A stretch of 32,000 nt of DNA from Halalkalibacterium halodurans. Lineage in GTDB: Bacteria > Bacillota > Bacilli > Bacillales > Bacillaceae_D. Made by a program: the position numbers and the translations under genes. The notes beneath the pieces were generated by a model, which was not told the origin of the DNA, did not search any database, and saw only the letters and a program-made list of their open reading frames with translations. Positions within the stretch are counted from its first letter, which is position 1, and every line of letters starts with the position of its first letter. The stretch lies in the NCBI RefSeq assembly GCF_004376175.1, contig NZ_SNUY01000021.1, forward strand, positions 1-32,000, written 5' to 3'. Positions 1 through 10,765 of the stretch are shown here, one piece after another.

Positions 1-556
1 GTATTCTCTTGCATCATCAATTCAAACATCAAACATTCGGGGTAGGATAAGAGGGGCTCGCCCTCCTATGCCACCCCAACATTTGACTAAGAACCCAAAA
101 AGTAAAATTGTTTCTACAAGGAGGACCAAGAGATTTGCGGAAGCAAGGGAGAGACGGACTGAGCGTATACCAACATACGTGACAGGAGGGAACGAGCGTA
201 GCTGACAAAAAAGCTCGCCGGTCATCTGAAGTAGAAAAGGCGCTGAAGAGCGTTGGTCCGAAGGAGCAGAGTCATCGAAGGAAAGCCGATGGTCACACCA
301 TGAAAAAGGCGACAAAGAAAAGCGTCATGTCCCCCCTGCGAGACGACCCCATTCTCTTCGTAAACATCGTGAGAAACGACAGAGCGAAACGGTGTGGTAG
401 AAGACCCCCGTAGGAGAGAAAGGGGGAGCCCAAGGACGCTGCCAAGCAGAAAGCACAATCCAGTCGGGTTATGCTTTTTTAGTATGTGAACAACCATACT
501 AAAACTAAGAACTCCAATGGAAGCAAAGTCCCCCAAACGTCAACAGGGGACCTTTT
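1..556 (+). other. ORF-free purine-rich non-coding tract (candidate structured RNA, or long 3' UTR of a gene left of the window)
   Basis: The + strand has no ORF of 60 aa or more. My hand counts give about 63-70% purine per 60 nt over 121-300 and 361-420. Local hairpins lie at 39-77, 163-180, 239-254, 405-426 and 477-504. A terminator-like hairpin GTCCCC(N12)GGGGAC followed by CTTTT lies at 528-556. The strand assignment is an inference from the purine skew and the hairpin-plus-T orientation. Confidence 0.3.
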
Positions 557-731
557 AATGCTACGCTAAATGGATGAAATGAAGTGTTAACAATACATTA
601 GATAGAAAGGAAGCTACAAACTCAGGGAATCTTGTAATATAAGCGAATGGAGTCGAATCATAGATGACGATTGTTCTGCATTAGGAGAATGAAGCGGTGA
701 AAAAAAGGCAATACTAGCTGATGTGAATTCA

Positions 732-759
732 TTGACACTGAGACAATATGGATTATAAT
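732..759 (+). promoter_or_regulatory. SigA-type promoter of the ctsR-clpC operon
   Basis: TTGACA at 732-737, a 16-nt spacer, then TATAAT at 754-759, about 95 nt upstream of the ctsR ATG. Confidence 0.7.
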
Positions 760-766
760 AAAATTA

Positions 767-789
767 GGTCAAAGATAGTCAAAGTCAAT
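767..789 (+). promoter_or_regulatory. CtsR operator (heptad direct repeat)
   Basis: GGTCAAA-GAT-AGTCAAA at 767-783 matches the published CtsR box (A/G)GTCAAA-NAN-(A/G)GTCAAA. A third partial heptad, GTCAAT, lies at 784-789. The site starts just downstream of the -10, as expected for autorepression. Confidence 0.85.
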
Positions 790-853
790 CCAATTGAACA
801 AATTATTTGGAAAAACGTAACATAAGAAAGGGGAGAAGGGGGGGCTTTTATGG

Positions 854-1324
854 ATGAGGAATATCTCAGATATCATTGAGCAGTACTTAAAAAACATTAT
901 ATTGCAAAGTGAAAAAGAGCTAATCGAAATTAAGCGAAGTGAACTAGCTGAACAGTTTCAATGTGTCCCTTCACAAATAAATTATGTAATCAGCACCCGA
1001 TTTACCATTGAAAAAGGATATCTTGTTGAGAGCAAAAGAGGTGGAGGGGGATACATCCGAATCATGAAAGTAAAACCCCATGAAAACTTGTCGCTCTTTG
1101 ATCAATTAGCCCAGTTAATAGGGAAGGGTATTAGTCAACAAGGGGCAGAAGGTATCATCTCCCGACTGTTTGAAGAAGGGGTAATCTCCAAACGAGAGAC
1201 ACGGCTGATGCTAAGTGTCATGGATCGGGCTCATTATCATACGACGGTGAATCATCGTGATGAAATACGGGCCAATCTGTTGAAAGCGATGATCGAAACA
1301 TTGAAATATAAAGATGAGCGATAA
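854..1324 (+). CDS. ctsR: CtsR, class III heat-shock repressor
   Basis: 156 aa. Contains the KRGGGGYIRI glycine-rich loop and CVPSQINYVISTRF, collinear with B. subtilis CtsR. The purine-rich SD at 827-843 precedes the ATG. Confidence 0.95.
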   Translation: MRNISDIIEQYLKNIILQSEKELIEIKRSELAEQFQCVPSQINYVISTRFTIEKGYLVESKRGGGGYIRIMKVKPHENLSLFDQLAQLIGKGISQQGAEGIISRLFEEGVISKRETRLMLSVMDRAHYHTTVNHRDEIRANLLKAMIETLKYKDER

Positions 1325-1349
1325 AACCAACATGAGAGGGGTGGTTTGA

Positions 1350-1883
1350 TTGAAATGTCAAGAATGTCAACAGCGCCCGGCCACACTTCATTTTACTAAA
1401 ATCATTAATGGTGAAAAGACAGAGTTTCACATTTGTGAGCAATGCGCTAAGGAAAAAGGCGAGCATTTCCCGGGCTCCAATAGCTTTTCCATTCATCAGC
1501 TTCTATCTGGACTACTCGACTTTGAACAACCTAAACCGCAAGATCCACAAGCACAACAAACAATTAAACGTTCTCTTACATGCGAAAAGTGTGGGATGAC
1601 GTACGAGCAATTTGCAAGAGTAGGACGCTTTGGTTGTGCTTCCTGCTATCAAACCTTTAGCCCTAAGCTTGACCCTGTGTTTAAGCGGGTGCATAGCGGG
1701 AATGTAGCTCATAGAGGAAAAGTACCGAAGCGAATCGGTGGAGGAATAGAGATTAGACGGCAAATTCGTGCACTAAAAGAAACATTGAAACAGCACATTG
1801 AACGAGAAGAGTTTGAAGAAGCTGCCCTTGTGCGCGATCAAATCCGTTCACTTGAACGAAAAGTCAGTGGGGGGGAAGGGTAG
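1350..1883 (+). CDS. mcsA: McsA, zinc-finger/UVR-domain activator of McsB
   Basis: 177 aa. CxxC pairs (CQECQQ, CEQC, CEKCG, CASC) and a C-terminal UVR-like [18 protein letters not shown] start with the SD GAGAGGGG just upstream. Confidence 0.9.
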   Translation: MKCQECQQRPATLHFTKIINGEKTEFHICEQCAKEKGEHFPGSNSFSIHQLLSGLLDFEQPKPQDPQAQQTIKRSLTCEKCGMTYEQFARVGRFGCASCYQTFSPKLDPVFKRVHSGNVAHRGKVPKRIGGGIEIRRQIRALKETLKQHIEREEFEEAALVRDQIRSLERKVSGGEG

Positions 1884-1885
1884 TT

Positions 1886-2956
1886 ATGTCTTTACAGCGT
1901 TTTATAAGTGAGGCCATTAGCCCGTGGATGAAAAAAGATGGCCCCGATTCCGATATTGTGTTAAGCAGTCGAATTCGTTTAGCTCGGAATCTCCAGTCAT
2001 TCCGCTTTCCGCTCTTAGCCACAATCGAAGAGTCCAAGCAGCTTGTAGAGCATGTTAAACACCATTTAGCTGAAAGCTCTTATCATACGAACCGATTTGA
2101 GCTTTTATGCATGGATGATATGAAGCCCAATGTAAAAAGGGTGCTCGTTGAAAAACATTTAATTAGCCCTCACCTAGCAGAAGAGTCAAAGCACGGTGCG
2201 GTGATGCTAAGTGAAGACGAGTCCATCAGCATTATGATAAATGAAGAGGATCATTTACGCATCCAATGTCTATTTCCCGGATTTCAATTAAGCGAAGCTC
2301 TCGTGTTGGCAAGCGGTATTGATGATTGGATCGAAGGGAAAGTGGATTATGCCTTTGATGAAAAACGTGGTTATCTTACAAGCTGCCCAACAAATGTTGG
2401 AACTGGGCTTCGGGCTTCCGTCATGATGCACTTACCGGCCCTTGTCATGACCCAGCAAATTAATCGGATTTTACCTGCAATTAATCAACTGGGATTGGTT
2501 GTTAGAGGAATTTACGGGGAAGGTAGCGAAGCATTAGGTAACCTATTTCAAATTTCAAACCAAATGACGTTAGGAAAATCAGAAGAAGACATCGTTGAGG
2601 ATTTACGAGGGGTCGTTATGCAGCTGATCCAACAAGAGCGGGCGGCACGGAAGCGGCTACTTGAAAGCTCAAGACTGCAGCTTGAAGACCGAGTCTACCG
2701 TTCCTATGGGATCTTGGCTCATAGCCGGATCATTGAATCAAAGGAAGCTACGCAAAAGCTTTCCGATGTTCGGTTAGGAATTGATTTAGGTTTACTTAAA
2801 GGGGTTTCCGGCAACATCCTGAATGAACTTATGATTTTAACTCAACCAGGGTTTTTGCAGCAATATGCGGGCACTGTGCTTACGGCAGATCAACGTGATG
2901 AAAGGCGGGCCGCATTGATTCGGGCAAGACTCAAACTAGAAGACGAATCCAATTAA
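1886..2956 (+). CDS. mcsB: McsB, protein arginine kinase
   Basis: 356 aa. Phosphagen-kinase motifs NEEDHLRIQ and [10 protein letters not shown]. The ATG lies 2 nt after the mcsA stop. Confidence 0.95.
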   Translation: MSLQRFISEAISPWMKKDGPDSDIVLSSRIRLARNLQSFRFPLLATIEESKQLVEHVKHHLAESSYHTNRFELLCMDDMKPNVKRVLVEKHLISPHLAEESKHGAVMLSEDESISIMINEEDHLRIQCLFPGFQLSEALVLASGIDDWIEGKVDYAFDEKRGYLTSCPTNVGTGLRASVMMHLPALVMTQQINRILPAINQLGLVVRGIYGEGSEALGNLFQISNQMTLGKSEEDIVEDLRGVVMQLIQQERAARKRLLESSRLQLEDRVYRSYGILAHSRIIESKEATQKLSDVRLGIDLGLLKGVSGNILNELMILTQPGFLQQYAGTVLTADQRDERRAALIRARLKLEDESN

Positions 2957-2974
2957 CTTCGGAGGTGGATAGAT

Positions 2975-5416
2975 ATGATGTTTGGTCGTTTTACAGAACG
3001 TGCGCAAAAGGTGTTAGCACTCGCGCAAGAAGAAGCCATTCGGCTAGGCCATAACAACATTGGCACAGAACATATTTTGCTTGGATTAATTCGTGAAGGC
3101 GAAGGAATTGCCGCCAAAGCTCTACAAGCGTTAGGGCTTGGGCCGGAAAAAATACAAAAAGAAGTAGAGACGCTCATTGGGAAAGGCCAGGATGGTGCGA
3201 AAACCATTCATTATACGCCACGTGCCAAGAAAGTCATTGAACTATCTATGGATGAAGCGAGAAAGCTCGGTCATTCCTATGTTGGAACTGAACATATTTT
3301 ACTTGGTTTAATTCGTGAAGGCGAAGGTGTTGCTGCCCGGGTATTAAACAACTTAGGGGTGAGCTTGAACAAAGCGCGTCAACAAGTATTACAGTTGCTC
3401 GGAAGCAACGAAACAAGTAGCTCTTCTCAGCAAGGAGGCGGAGCAGCGAACGCCAATACGCCAACACTTGATAGTTTAGCAAGAGACTTAACGGCCATTG
3501 CTCGCGAGGAAGGGCTTGATCCAGTCATCGGCCGCTCGAAAGAAATCGAGCGCGTAATCCAAGTGTTGAGTCGCCGAACAAAAAATAATCCAGTTCTCAT
3601 TGGGGAGCCTGGCGTCGGGAAGACCGCTATTGCCGAAGGATTAGCTCAAGCGATCATTCATAATGAAGTACCGGAAACACTCCGAAATAAACGGGTGATG
3701 ACGCTCGATATGGGGACGGTTGTCGCAGGAACGAAATACCGCGGAGAATTTGAAGATCGTTTAAAAAAGGTAATGGATGAAATTCGCCAAGCGGGGAATG
3801 TGATTCTGTTTATTGATGAGCTGCATACATTAATCGGTGCAGGTGGAGCGGAAGGTGCCATTGATGCTTCCAACATTTTAAAGCCTTCATTAGCCCGCGG
3901 TGAGCTACAGTGCATCGGCGCCACTACACTAGATGAGTACCGAAAATACATTGAAAAAGACGCAGCGCTTGAGCGGCGCTTTCAGCCGATTCAAGTAAAT
4001 GAGCCGTCTCTCGATGAGTCAATTCAAATTTTAAAAGGCTTGCGGGATCGTTATGAAGCGCACCATCGTGTAACGATTACCGATGAGGCGATTGAGGAAG
4101 CTGTCAAGTTATCAGATCGTTACATTCAAGACCGTTTCTTGCCAGATAAGGCGATTGATTTGATAGACGAGGCAGCATCAAAAGTGAGACTTCGCTCTTA
4201 TACAGCCCCTCCTAACTTAAAGGAATTGGAACAGAAACTAGAGGAAACACGAAAAGAAAAAGACGCTGCTGTTCAAAGTCAAGAATTCGAGAAGGCTGCT
4301 TCTTTACGTGATTCTGAGCAGCGAATTCGCGAAGAACTCGACCAAATGAAAAACGACTGGAAGCAAAAGCAAGGACAAGAGAACACACAAGTGGCTGTTG
4401 ATGACATTGCCCAAGTCGTGGCGAGCTGGACAGGAATTCCAGTATCTAAATTGGCAGAAGAGGAAACGGAACGTCTGTTAAAAATGGAGGAGATTTTGCA
4501 TAAGCGTGTAATTGGGCAAGAAGAGGCGGTTAAAGCCATTTCTAAAGCTGTACGTCGCGCCCGCGCAGGGTTAAAAGATCCGAAACGACCAATTGGATCG
4601 TTTATTTTCCTCGGACCAACAGGGGTCGGGAAAACGGAGCTTGCTCGTGCCGTCGCTGAAACATTGTTTGGCGATGAGGATGCCTTTATCCGGATCGACA
4701 TGTCAGAATACATGGAAAAGCATGCGACTAGCCGACTCGTTGGGTCACCTCCAGGATATGTGGGCCACGATGAAGGGGGGCAACTGACAGAAAAGGTCCG
4801 TCGTAAGCCTTACTCTGTCATCCTTCTTGATGAGATTGAAAAAGCACATCCGGAAGTCTTTAACATTCTGCTACAAGTGCTTGAAGACGGGCGTTTGACA
4901 GACTCTAAGGGACGGACAGTAGATTTCCGCAATACGGCTGTGATTATGACGTCCAATGTTGGTGCAAGCACCCTCCGCAAAAATAAATTCTTAGGGTTTA
5001 CGACGGATTCAGAAGGATCAGAATACAAGGATATGAAAGACAAAGTCATGACCGAATTAAAAAACAGCTTCCGTCCAGAGTTTTTAAACCGGATTGACGA
5101 AATTATTGTCTTCCATTCTTTGGAGAAAAAACATGTGCGTGAAATCATCACGCTCATGGCTGACCAGTTGAAGAAACGATTAGAGGAACAAGGGGTTTCC
5201 TTCGAACTAACAGAGGCTGCTAAAGATAAAATTACAGACCTCGGCTACGATCCTGAGTATGGGGCTCGTCCTTTACGTCGGGCATTGCAGCGGGAAGTGG
5301 AAGATCGCTTGTCCGAGGAACTTCTCAAAGGAACAATTCAAAAAGGACAGCGGGCCATTATCGATGTAGAAAACGGCGAATTGGTCGTACATTCGAAAGA
5401 AGGGGCCACACTGTAA
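2975..5416 (+). CDS. clpC: ClpC, class III stress AAA+ unfoldase
   Basis: 813 aa. N-terminal Clp repeats and two Walker A boxes ([16 protein letters not shown]). [21 protein letters not shown] matches the B. subtilis ClpC N-terminus as I recall it. SD GGAGGTGG at 2961-2968. Confidence 0.97.
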   Translation: MMFGRFTERAQKVLALAQEEAIRLGHNNIGTEHILLGLIREGEGIAAKALQALGLGPEKIQKEVETLIGKGQDGAKTIHYTPRAKKVIELSMDEARKLGHSYVGTEHILLGLIREGEGVAARVLNNLGVSLNKARQQVLQLLGSNETSSSSQQGGGAANANTPTLDSLARDLTAIAREEGLDPVIGRSKEIERVIQVLSRRTKNNPVLIGEPGVGKTAIAEGLAQAIIHNEVPETLRNKRVMTLDMGTVVAGTKYRGEFEDRLKKVMDEIRQAGNVILFIDELHTLIGAGGAEGAIDASNILKPSLARGELQCIGATTLDEYRKYIEKDAALERRFQPIQVNEPSLDESIQILKGLRDRYEAHHRVTITDEAIEEAVKLSDRYIQDRFLPDKAIDLIDEAASKVRLRSYTAPPNLKELEQKLEETRKEKDAAVQSQEFEKAASLRDSEQRIREELDQMKNDWKQKQGQENTQVAVDDIAQVVASWTGIPVSKLAEEETERLLKMEEILHKRVIGQEEAVKAISKAVRRARAGLKDPKRPIGSFIFLGPTGVGKTELARAVAETLFGDEDAFIRIDMSEYMEKHATSRLVGSPPGYVGHDEGGQLTEKVRRKPYSVILLDEIEKAHPEVFNILLQVLEDGRLTDSKGRTVDFRNTAVIMTSNVGASTLRKNKFLGFTTDSEGSEYKDMKDKVMTELKNSFRPEFLNRIDEIIVFHSLEKKHVREIITLMADQLKKRLEEQGVSFELTEAAKDKITDLGYDPEYGARPLRRALQREVEDRLSEELLKGTIQKGQRAIIDVENGELVVHSKEGATL

Positions 5417-5421
5417 GGATG

Positions 5422-5455
5422 AACCATGGGGATAGCATATCCCCATGGTTTTTTG
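5422..5455 (+). terminator. Rho-independent terminator after clpC
   Basis: AACCATGGGGA (5422-5432) pairs with TCCCCATGGTT (5440-5450) as a perfect 11-bp stem, followed by TTTT. Confidence 0.85.
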
Positions 5456-5583
5456 CCAAATGGCAGGGATCATATTTTAGAATCGGCTTAAATAGGATGT
5501 AAAGTGTAGCGAAAGCATCGGCCAACCCACTAAAAGCATGACAGTGGTACAATAAAGGTAACAGGTTTGAAGGTGGGTTGAAA

Positions 5584-6957
5584 GTGGCGAAAAAGAAAAC
5601 AAAGTTTATGTGTCAAGAGTGTGGGTATGAGTCAGCCAAATGGATGGGGAAATGTCCTGGCTGTCAAAGCTGGAACTCCATGGTCGAGGAATTTACAGAA
5701 GTTAAGGCAAAATCCTCTCGGAGTTATGTGACATCTGGAGCGGGTATTGCTAAGCCACAGCCGATTACGAAAGTTGAACGGGAGCAGGAGCCGCGAATCG
5801 ATACATCGATGAAGGAGCTTAACCGAGTACTTGGTGGAGGGATCGTTCCAGGCTCACTCGTTCTTGTCGGAGGGGATCCTGGGATCGGTAAGTCAACGTT
5901 ATTGTTACAACTATCCGCCCGTCTTGCTGATTTGAAGCAACGAGTGCTCTATATTTCAGGAGAGGAATCGGTCAAGCAAACAAAAATCCGTTCCGACCGA
6001 CTAGGAGTCTTGTCTGACCACTTGTATGTATTAGCAGAAACAGATATGGAAAAGATTGAACAAGCGATTGGAGAGGTTAATCCCACTCTTGTTATCATTG
6101 ATTCCATTCAGACGGTCTACCAAGACGAGATTACATCTGCTCCAGGAAGTGTCGCCCAAGTACGAGAGTGTACCGCTTCCTTTATGAGAATGGCGAAAAC
6201 AACGGGGATCGCGATTTTTATCGTCGGTCACGTGACAAAGCAAGGGGCGATTGCTGGGCCGAAATTACTTGAGCACATGGTAGACTCTGTTCTTTACTTT
6301 GAAGGGGAGCGGCACCATACGTATCGAATTTTACGAGCGGTCAAGAATCGATTTGGCTCTACTAATGAGATGGGGATTTTTGAAATGAAAGAGTCAGGGC
6401 TAGAGGAAGTGGCCAACCCTTCGGAAATCTTTTTAGAAGATCGCTCCAGTGGTGTGGCAGGTTCAACGGTCGTTGCCTCGATGGAAGGCACGAGGCCCGT
6501 TTTAGTAGAGCTGCAAGCGCTCATTTCACCGACGAGCTTCGGAAATCCAAGGCGCATGGCGACAGGGGTGGATCACAATCGAATTTCGTTGTTAATGGCA
6601 GTGCTTGAAAAGCGGGTCGGCATGCTATTACAAAATCAAGATGCCTACGTGAACGTGGCTGGTGGAGTGCGATTGGATGAGCCAGCGATTGATCTGGGAA
6701 TTGCTGTGAGCATTGCGTCCAGTTTTCGAAATCAACATACAAATCCCCACGAAGTTGTTATCGGTGAAATCGGGTTAACGGGGGAGGTTCGTAGGGTATC
6801 GCGAATCGATCAACGAGTGAATGAGGCCGCGAAGCTGGGGTTTAAGCGGGTCATCATTCCAGATAAGAATCTTGGAGGGTGGACCATTCCTTCTACGATT
6901 GAAGTAATAGGTGTATCGACTGTTCAAGATGCGTTAGAGGTTACGTTAGGGAGGTAA
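5584..6957 (+). CDS. radA: RadA/Sms DNA repair protein
   Basis: N-terminal zinc finger CQECG...CPGC, Walker [10 protein letters not shown], the KNRFG motif and a Lon-like C-terminus. I prefer the GTG at 5584 (7 nt after AGGTGG at 5571-5576) over the track's TTG at 5578. Confidence 0.93.
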
Positions 6958-6965
6958 GTCGCAGG

Positions 6966-8039
6966 ATGGATAGTGAAGTGAAGGAAAGGTTTGCGAGGAA
7001 CATTTTAAAAATGGTGGCGCCAGGGACTGCTCTTCGTACAGGAATCGATAACGTATTGCGGGCAAAAACTGGTGGATTGATCGTTCTTGGGTATAACGAA
7101 AACATGAAAGGGATCGTCGATGGCGGCTTTTATCTCGACTGTCCCTTCTCCCCTGCTTCCCTCTATGAGCTTGCGAAAATGGATGGAGCGATCATTTTAA
7201 ACGAAGATGGAACGAAAATTTTGTACGCCAATACACAGTTGAACCCTGATAATGCTATCTCTTCAAATGAGACAGGGATTCGTCACCGCACCGCAGAACG
7301 AGTGGCCAAACAAACAGGAAATCTAGTCATTTCAATTTCACAACGAAGAAACGTCATCACGTTGTATCACGGACATCTTCGTTATGCTCTCCGAGATATT
7401 GGAGTCATATTGACAAAAGCGAACCAAGCGATTCAAACATTAGATAAATATAAATCAGTTCTTGATCAAGATATTACCGATTTAGGGGCGCTTGAGTTTG
7501 AGGAGCTCGTCACGTTCCACGAAGTAAGCCAAGTGATGCAGCGTATCCATATGGTATTAAACATTAAAGGGGAAATTTTGAATTACGTCAATGAGCTAGG
7601 GAGCGAAGGGCGGCTTATCACGATGCAGTTAAATGAACTTGTGTCTAATTTAGAAAAAGAAGTGCTGCTCTTGATTCAAGATTACGCAAAAGAGGATGAC
7701 GTGGATCCTGAAGACGTGCTAGAGCAGATGATGAAATGCTCCAATGAAGAGTTACTTGATGATTCAAACATTCTGAAACTTCTCGGTTATCATAAAGCGT
7801 TTAATGTACAGGAGCAACAAGCAACGCCTCGGGGCTATCGGATTCTTCACAAAATTCCGCGCCTTCCAGCTACGATCGTCCGAAACCTCGTCCACTCGTT
7901 CGAAAACATTAACGATATGCTACGAGCAGATCTGAAAGAACTTGATGAAGTGGAAGGAATTGGAGAAGCTAGGGCGAAATTAATAAAGGATGGACTTAGC
8001 CGGATTCAAGAACAGCTTTTTATGGATCGGAATATTTAA
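6966..8039 (+). CDS. disA: DisA, DNA-integrity scanning diadenylate cyclase
   Basis: 357 aa. DAC-domain DGAII and RHRTAERV motifs, and a C-terminal HhH-like segment ([11 protein letters not shown]). Confidence 0.95.
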
Positions 8040-8088
8040 TTCGCGGTAGAATTCTGTCATTTCCTGTTGTTTAATTTGAAAATTTCCA

Positions 8089-8117
8089 TTGCTTTCTATA
8101 AAAGAATATTATATAAT
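8089..8117 (+). promoter_or_regulatory. SigA-type promoter upstream of yacL
   Basis: TTGCTT at 8089-8094, a 17-nt spacer, then TATAAT at 8112-8117, in an AT-rich 158-nt spacer. Confidence 0.6.
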
Positions 8118-8197
8118 TTTGGGATTTTATGTGAAATACAGTTTGCTAGGTTTTAATTCTGAACTTTTGTCTATAATAATAGAAGGAGGTGATGTGG

Positions 8198-9286
8198 ATG
8201 TTAAGATGGATAGTCCAATTGTTTTTTATTTTAGTTGGTGGTACACTCGGTTTTATTTTTATTCCTGACCTTATGGCATGGATGAGCATTCAAGATCCCA
8301 CATGGCTTACCAATCCGTATGTAGGGACGGTCATGGGTGCAATCATTTTATTTTTGCTAACCTTTTGGCTATGTGATTATATTGTTCATTTAATGCGAGT
8401 TACGGAAGAAATGATTGTGAAAGCGCCTGTCACCGATGTGCTTTTTGGAACGATGGGATTGATTATTGGCCTTATTGTTGCCTTCTTAGTAGGGATTCCT
8501 TTAGGTAATTTCTCCATTCCTGTCGTGAGCACGGTTTTACCTATATTTATTACCTTCTTTCTCGGGTATTTTGGCTTTCAGATCGGATTTAAAAAGCGGG
8601 ATGAGCTAATCCACTTAATGTCGATTACACGGGGATTTGGCAAAAAGAAGGATGAGGAAGAGAGCGAAGCCAGAGGTAGCAAGTTAAAAATTCTTGATAC
8701 GAGCGTTATTATTGATGGACGTATTGCAGATATATGCAAGACCGGCTTTCTCGAAGGAACTTTGGTCATCCCTGGTTTTGTCCTAGAAGAGTTACAGCAT
8801 ATTGCCGACTCGTCTGATGTCCTTAAAAGAAACCGTGGCAGACGAGGACTCGATATTTTAAATAAGATTCAGAAAGAACTTCCGATAAATGTTGAAATAT
8901 ATGAAGGTGACTTTGAGGATATTCAAGAAGTAGACAGCAAGCTCGTGAAGCTAGCGAAAGTGACAGAAGGTATGGTCGTCACAAATGACTTTAACCTAAA
9001 CAAAGTCTGTGAGTTGCAGGGAGTGCAAGTGTTAAACATTAATGATTTAGCGAATGCCGTTAAACCAGTCGTCCTCCCTGGAGAAGAGCTCAATGTCCAA
9101 GTGATTAAAGATGGGAAAGAGCAGAATCAAGGTGTTGCCTACTTAGATGACGGCACAATGATCGTGGTAGAAGGTGGCCGTGATTATATCGGGAAGCACG
9201 TAGAAGTCGTCGTGACGAGCGTGCTGCAAACGAGTGCGGGACGGATGATTTTTGCCAAACCCAAGCTGTTAGAAAAGGCTTTATAG
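8198..9286 (+). CDS. yacL: YacL-like membrane protein with PIN and TRAM domains
   Basis: Four N-terminal hydrophobic segments, then KILDTSVIIDGRIADI (PIN) and a C-terminal TRAM-like segment. I chose the ATG at 8198 (MLRWIVQ, 6 nt after GAAGGAGGTG at 8183-8191). The track start at 8189 lies inside the SD. Confidence 0.9.
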   Translation: MLRWIVQLFFILVGGTLGFIFIPDLMAWMSIQDPTWLTNPYVGTVMGAIILFLLTFWLCDYIVHLMRVTEEMIVKAPVTDVLFGTMGLIIGLIVAFLVGIPLGNFSIPVVSTVLPIFITFFLGYFGFQIGFKKRDELIHLMSITRGFGKKKDEEESEARGSKLKILDTSVIIDGRIADICKTGFLEGTLVIPGFVLEELQHIADSSDVLKRNRGRRGLDILNKIQKELPINVEIYEGDFEDIQEVDSKLVKLAKVTEGMVVTNDFNLNKVCELQGVQVLNINDLANAVKPVVLPGEELNVQVIKDGKEQNQGVAYLDDGTMIVVEGGRDYIGKHVEVVVTSVLQTSAGRMIFAKPKLLEKAL

Positions 9287-9294
9287 TAAGATGG

Positions 9295-9335
9295 CGCTTC
9301 TCCTTAAATGAAAGGAGAGGCGTTTCTTTCGTTTT
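9295..9335 (+). terminator. Rho-independent terminator after yacL
   Basis: CGCTTCTCCTT (9295-9305) pairs with AAGGAGAGGCG (9312-9322), 11 bp with one G-U pair, followed by TTTCTTTCGTTTT. Confidence 0.8.
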
Positions 9336-9463
9336 CCTCTTTATCCCTTGCCCTTATCCATTTCAGCCTCAGCTGGTGACTCCGTCATGAAGGAAGCTCG
9401 GACATTTTCCCGTTCCATGCAGCTCGCTCTATAGAACATTTTATGCAGAAACAGATCGGTTCA

Positions 9464-9472
9464 TGATACAAT
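9464..9472 (+). promoter_or_regulatory. Extended -10 promoter candidate for ispD-ispF
   Basis: TGaTACAAT at 9464-9472. The -35 (TGCAGA at 9444-9449) is poor. Confidence 0.45.
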
Positions 9473-9525
9473 AGAGCGGATGATTTTGTGCGCGTTGCAA
9501 GAGTGTGTGTGATGGAGGAGAACGT

Positions 9526-10212
9526 ATGGAGTATTCCGTTGTAATCCCCGCTGCTGGTCAAGGAAAGCGGATGAGGGCAGGACATAATAAACAATTTATC
9601 GAGTTAGGCGGCAAGCCGATTCTCGCTCATACATTGGCTGTTTTCGAGCAAGATGATTGGTGTACAAATGTAGTTATTGTTGCCAATGAACAAGAGATCG
9701 AGGAGATGGGGGAGCTAGCAAATCGTTACCAGATCTCGAAGGCAAAAAAAATTGTGGCTGGAGGGCGAGAGCGACAAGAGAGCGTCTTTGCTGGTTTAAA
9801 AGCACTGTCACAGGATGGGCTCGTCTTAATACATGACGGAGCGCGACCATTTGTTACAGAAAAAGAAATCCATTCGCTAGTGGAGACAGCAGCTAAGACC
9901 CATGCAGCGGTTTTAGCTGTTCCGGTAAAAGACACGATCAAGCGTGTGGAAGGGGAAGCCGTTTTAGAAACGATGCCGCGGGAAGAGCTATGGGCTGTGC
10001 AAACCCCTCAGGCGTTTGACTTAGCATTGATTAAACAAGCACATCAAAAGGCGGAAAACGAACAAATGCTTGGGACAGATGATGCTAGCTTGATGGAATG
10101 GCTCGGGTATTCGGTCGCTGTCGTTCAAGGAAGCTACTTTAATTTTAAGCTAACGACACCGGAAGATTTATTGTTTGCTGAAGCCATTTTAGCGGAAAAG
10201 GAGAGACGATAG
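9526..10212 (+). CDS. ispD: IspD, 2-C-methyl-D-erythritol 4-phosphate cytidylyltransferase
   Basis: MEYSVVIPAAGQGKRM with the P-loop-like motif. ATG at 9526 lies 5 nt after GGAGGAG (9514-9520). The track start at 9505 is an over-extension. Confidence 0.93.
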   Translation: MEYSVVIPAAGQGKRMRAGHNKQFIELGGKPILAHTLAVFEQDDWCTNVVIVANEQEIEEMGELANRYQISKAKKIVAGGRERQESVFAGLKALSQDGLVLIHDGARPFVTEKEIHSLVETAAKTHAAVLAVPVKDTIKRVEGEAVLETMPREELWAVQTPQAFDLALIKQAHQKAENEQMLGTDDASLMEWLGYSVAVVQGSYFNFKLTTPEDLLFAEAILAEKERR

Positions 10213-10686
10213 ATGATACGAGTAGGACAAGGATTCGACGTACATCAGTTTGCAGAGGGACGCCCTCTTATTATTGGGGGGGTGGAGATTCCATATGAAA
10301 AAGGACTGCTCGGCCACTCAGATGCTGATGTATTGCTTCATACGATTGCTGACGCAGCATTAGGTGCAATTGGTGAGGGAGATATTGGTAAGCATTTTCC
10401 TGACACGGACCCACATTTTAAGGATGCAGATTCAGCCAAACTCTTATCTGCTGTATGGGAGCTTGTAAAAGAGAAAGGCTATACACTAGGGAATGTGGAC
10501 TGTACGATTATTGCGCAAAAGCCAAAAATGGCTCCTCACATTCCAGCAATGCGGGCGCGAATTGCCGAGCTTTTAGAGGCAGAGGAAGCTCAGGTTAATG
10601 TGAAAGCGACCACGACGGAAACGTTAGGGTTTACTGGGCGTGGGGAAGGGATTGCCTCACAGGCTGTGATCCTGTTAGTTAAGTGA
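10213..10686 (+). CDS. ispF: IspF, MEcPP synthase
   Basis: 157 aa. GQGFDVH and GHSDADV metal-binding motifs. The ATG directly abuts the ispD TAG. Confidence 0.95.
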   Translation: MIRVGQGFDVHQFAEGRPLIIGGVEIPYEKGLLGHSDADVLLHTIADAALGAIGEGDIGKHFPDTDPHFKDADSAKLLSAVWELVKEKGYTLGNVDCTIIAQKPKMAPHIPAMRARIAELLEAEEAQVNVKATTTETLGFTGRGEGIASQAVILLVK

Positions 10687-10689
10687 GAC

Positions 10690-10717
10690 TTGACCGTTGT
10701 GGTGGGTTAGGTACAAT
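10690..10717 (+). promoter_or_regulatory. SigA-type promoter of gltX-cysE-cysS
   Basis: TTGACC at 10690-10695, a 16-nt spacer, then TACAAT at 10712-10717. Confidence 0.6.
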
Positions 10718-10765
10718 AGTCGTAGAATAAAGACCTTGTAACGAAAGAGAAACGGAGCGTGTATA

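Noticed and set aside
69-215. A 48-aa highly basic + strand ORF (MPPQHLTKNPKSKIVSTRRTKRF...).
   Set aside because: It has no SD (the upstream sequence is GCCCTCCT). The ATG sits inside the 3' arm of the 39-77 hairpin. The basic composition simply reflects the A/G-rich sequence.
22-536. Two overlapping minus-strand ORFs (22-315, 97 aa; 222-536, 104 aa).
   Set aside because: They lie on the pyrimidine-rich complement of a purine-rich tract, where stop codons are rare by composition alone. Neither has an SD at a proper distance. One uses a TTG start. The sequences have low complexity (S/L/F/P-rich) and no recognisable motif.
100-700. Idea that the GGA/AGGA-rich tract is a CsrB-like CsrA sponge (about 20 GGA, including AGGAG in the loop of the 405-426 hairpin).
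   Set aside because: My back-of-envelope estimate of the expected GGA and AGGA counts for this purine composition is about the same as what I observe, so there is no enrichment beyond base composition. Only one site is clearly loop-presented. The idea is kept only as a remote possibility under the first finding.
560-731. Possible SigB promoter (GGGAAT at 625-630) or a second CtsR box upstream of the SigA promoter.
   Set aside because: No GTTTAA-like -35 lies at the required 12-15 nt spacing, and no further GTCAAA heptads are present.
9385-9594. A 69-aa minus-strand ORF overlapping the ispD promoter and 5' end.
   Set aside because: It lies antisense to the ispD start, has no SD and its sequence is not protein-like.
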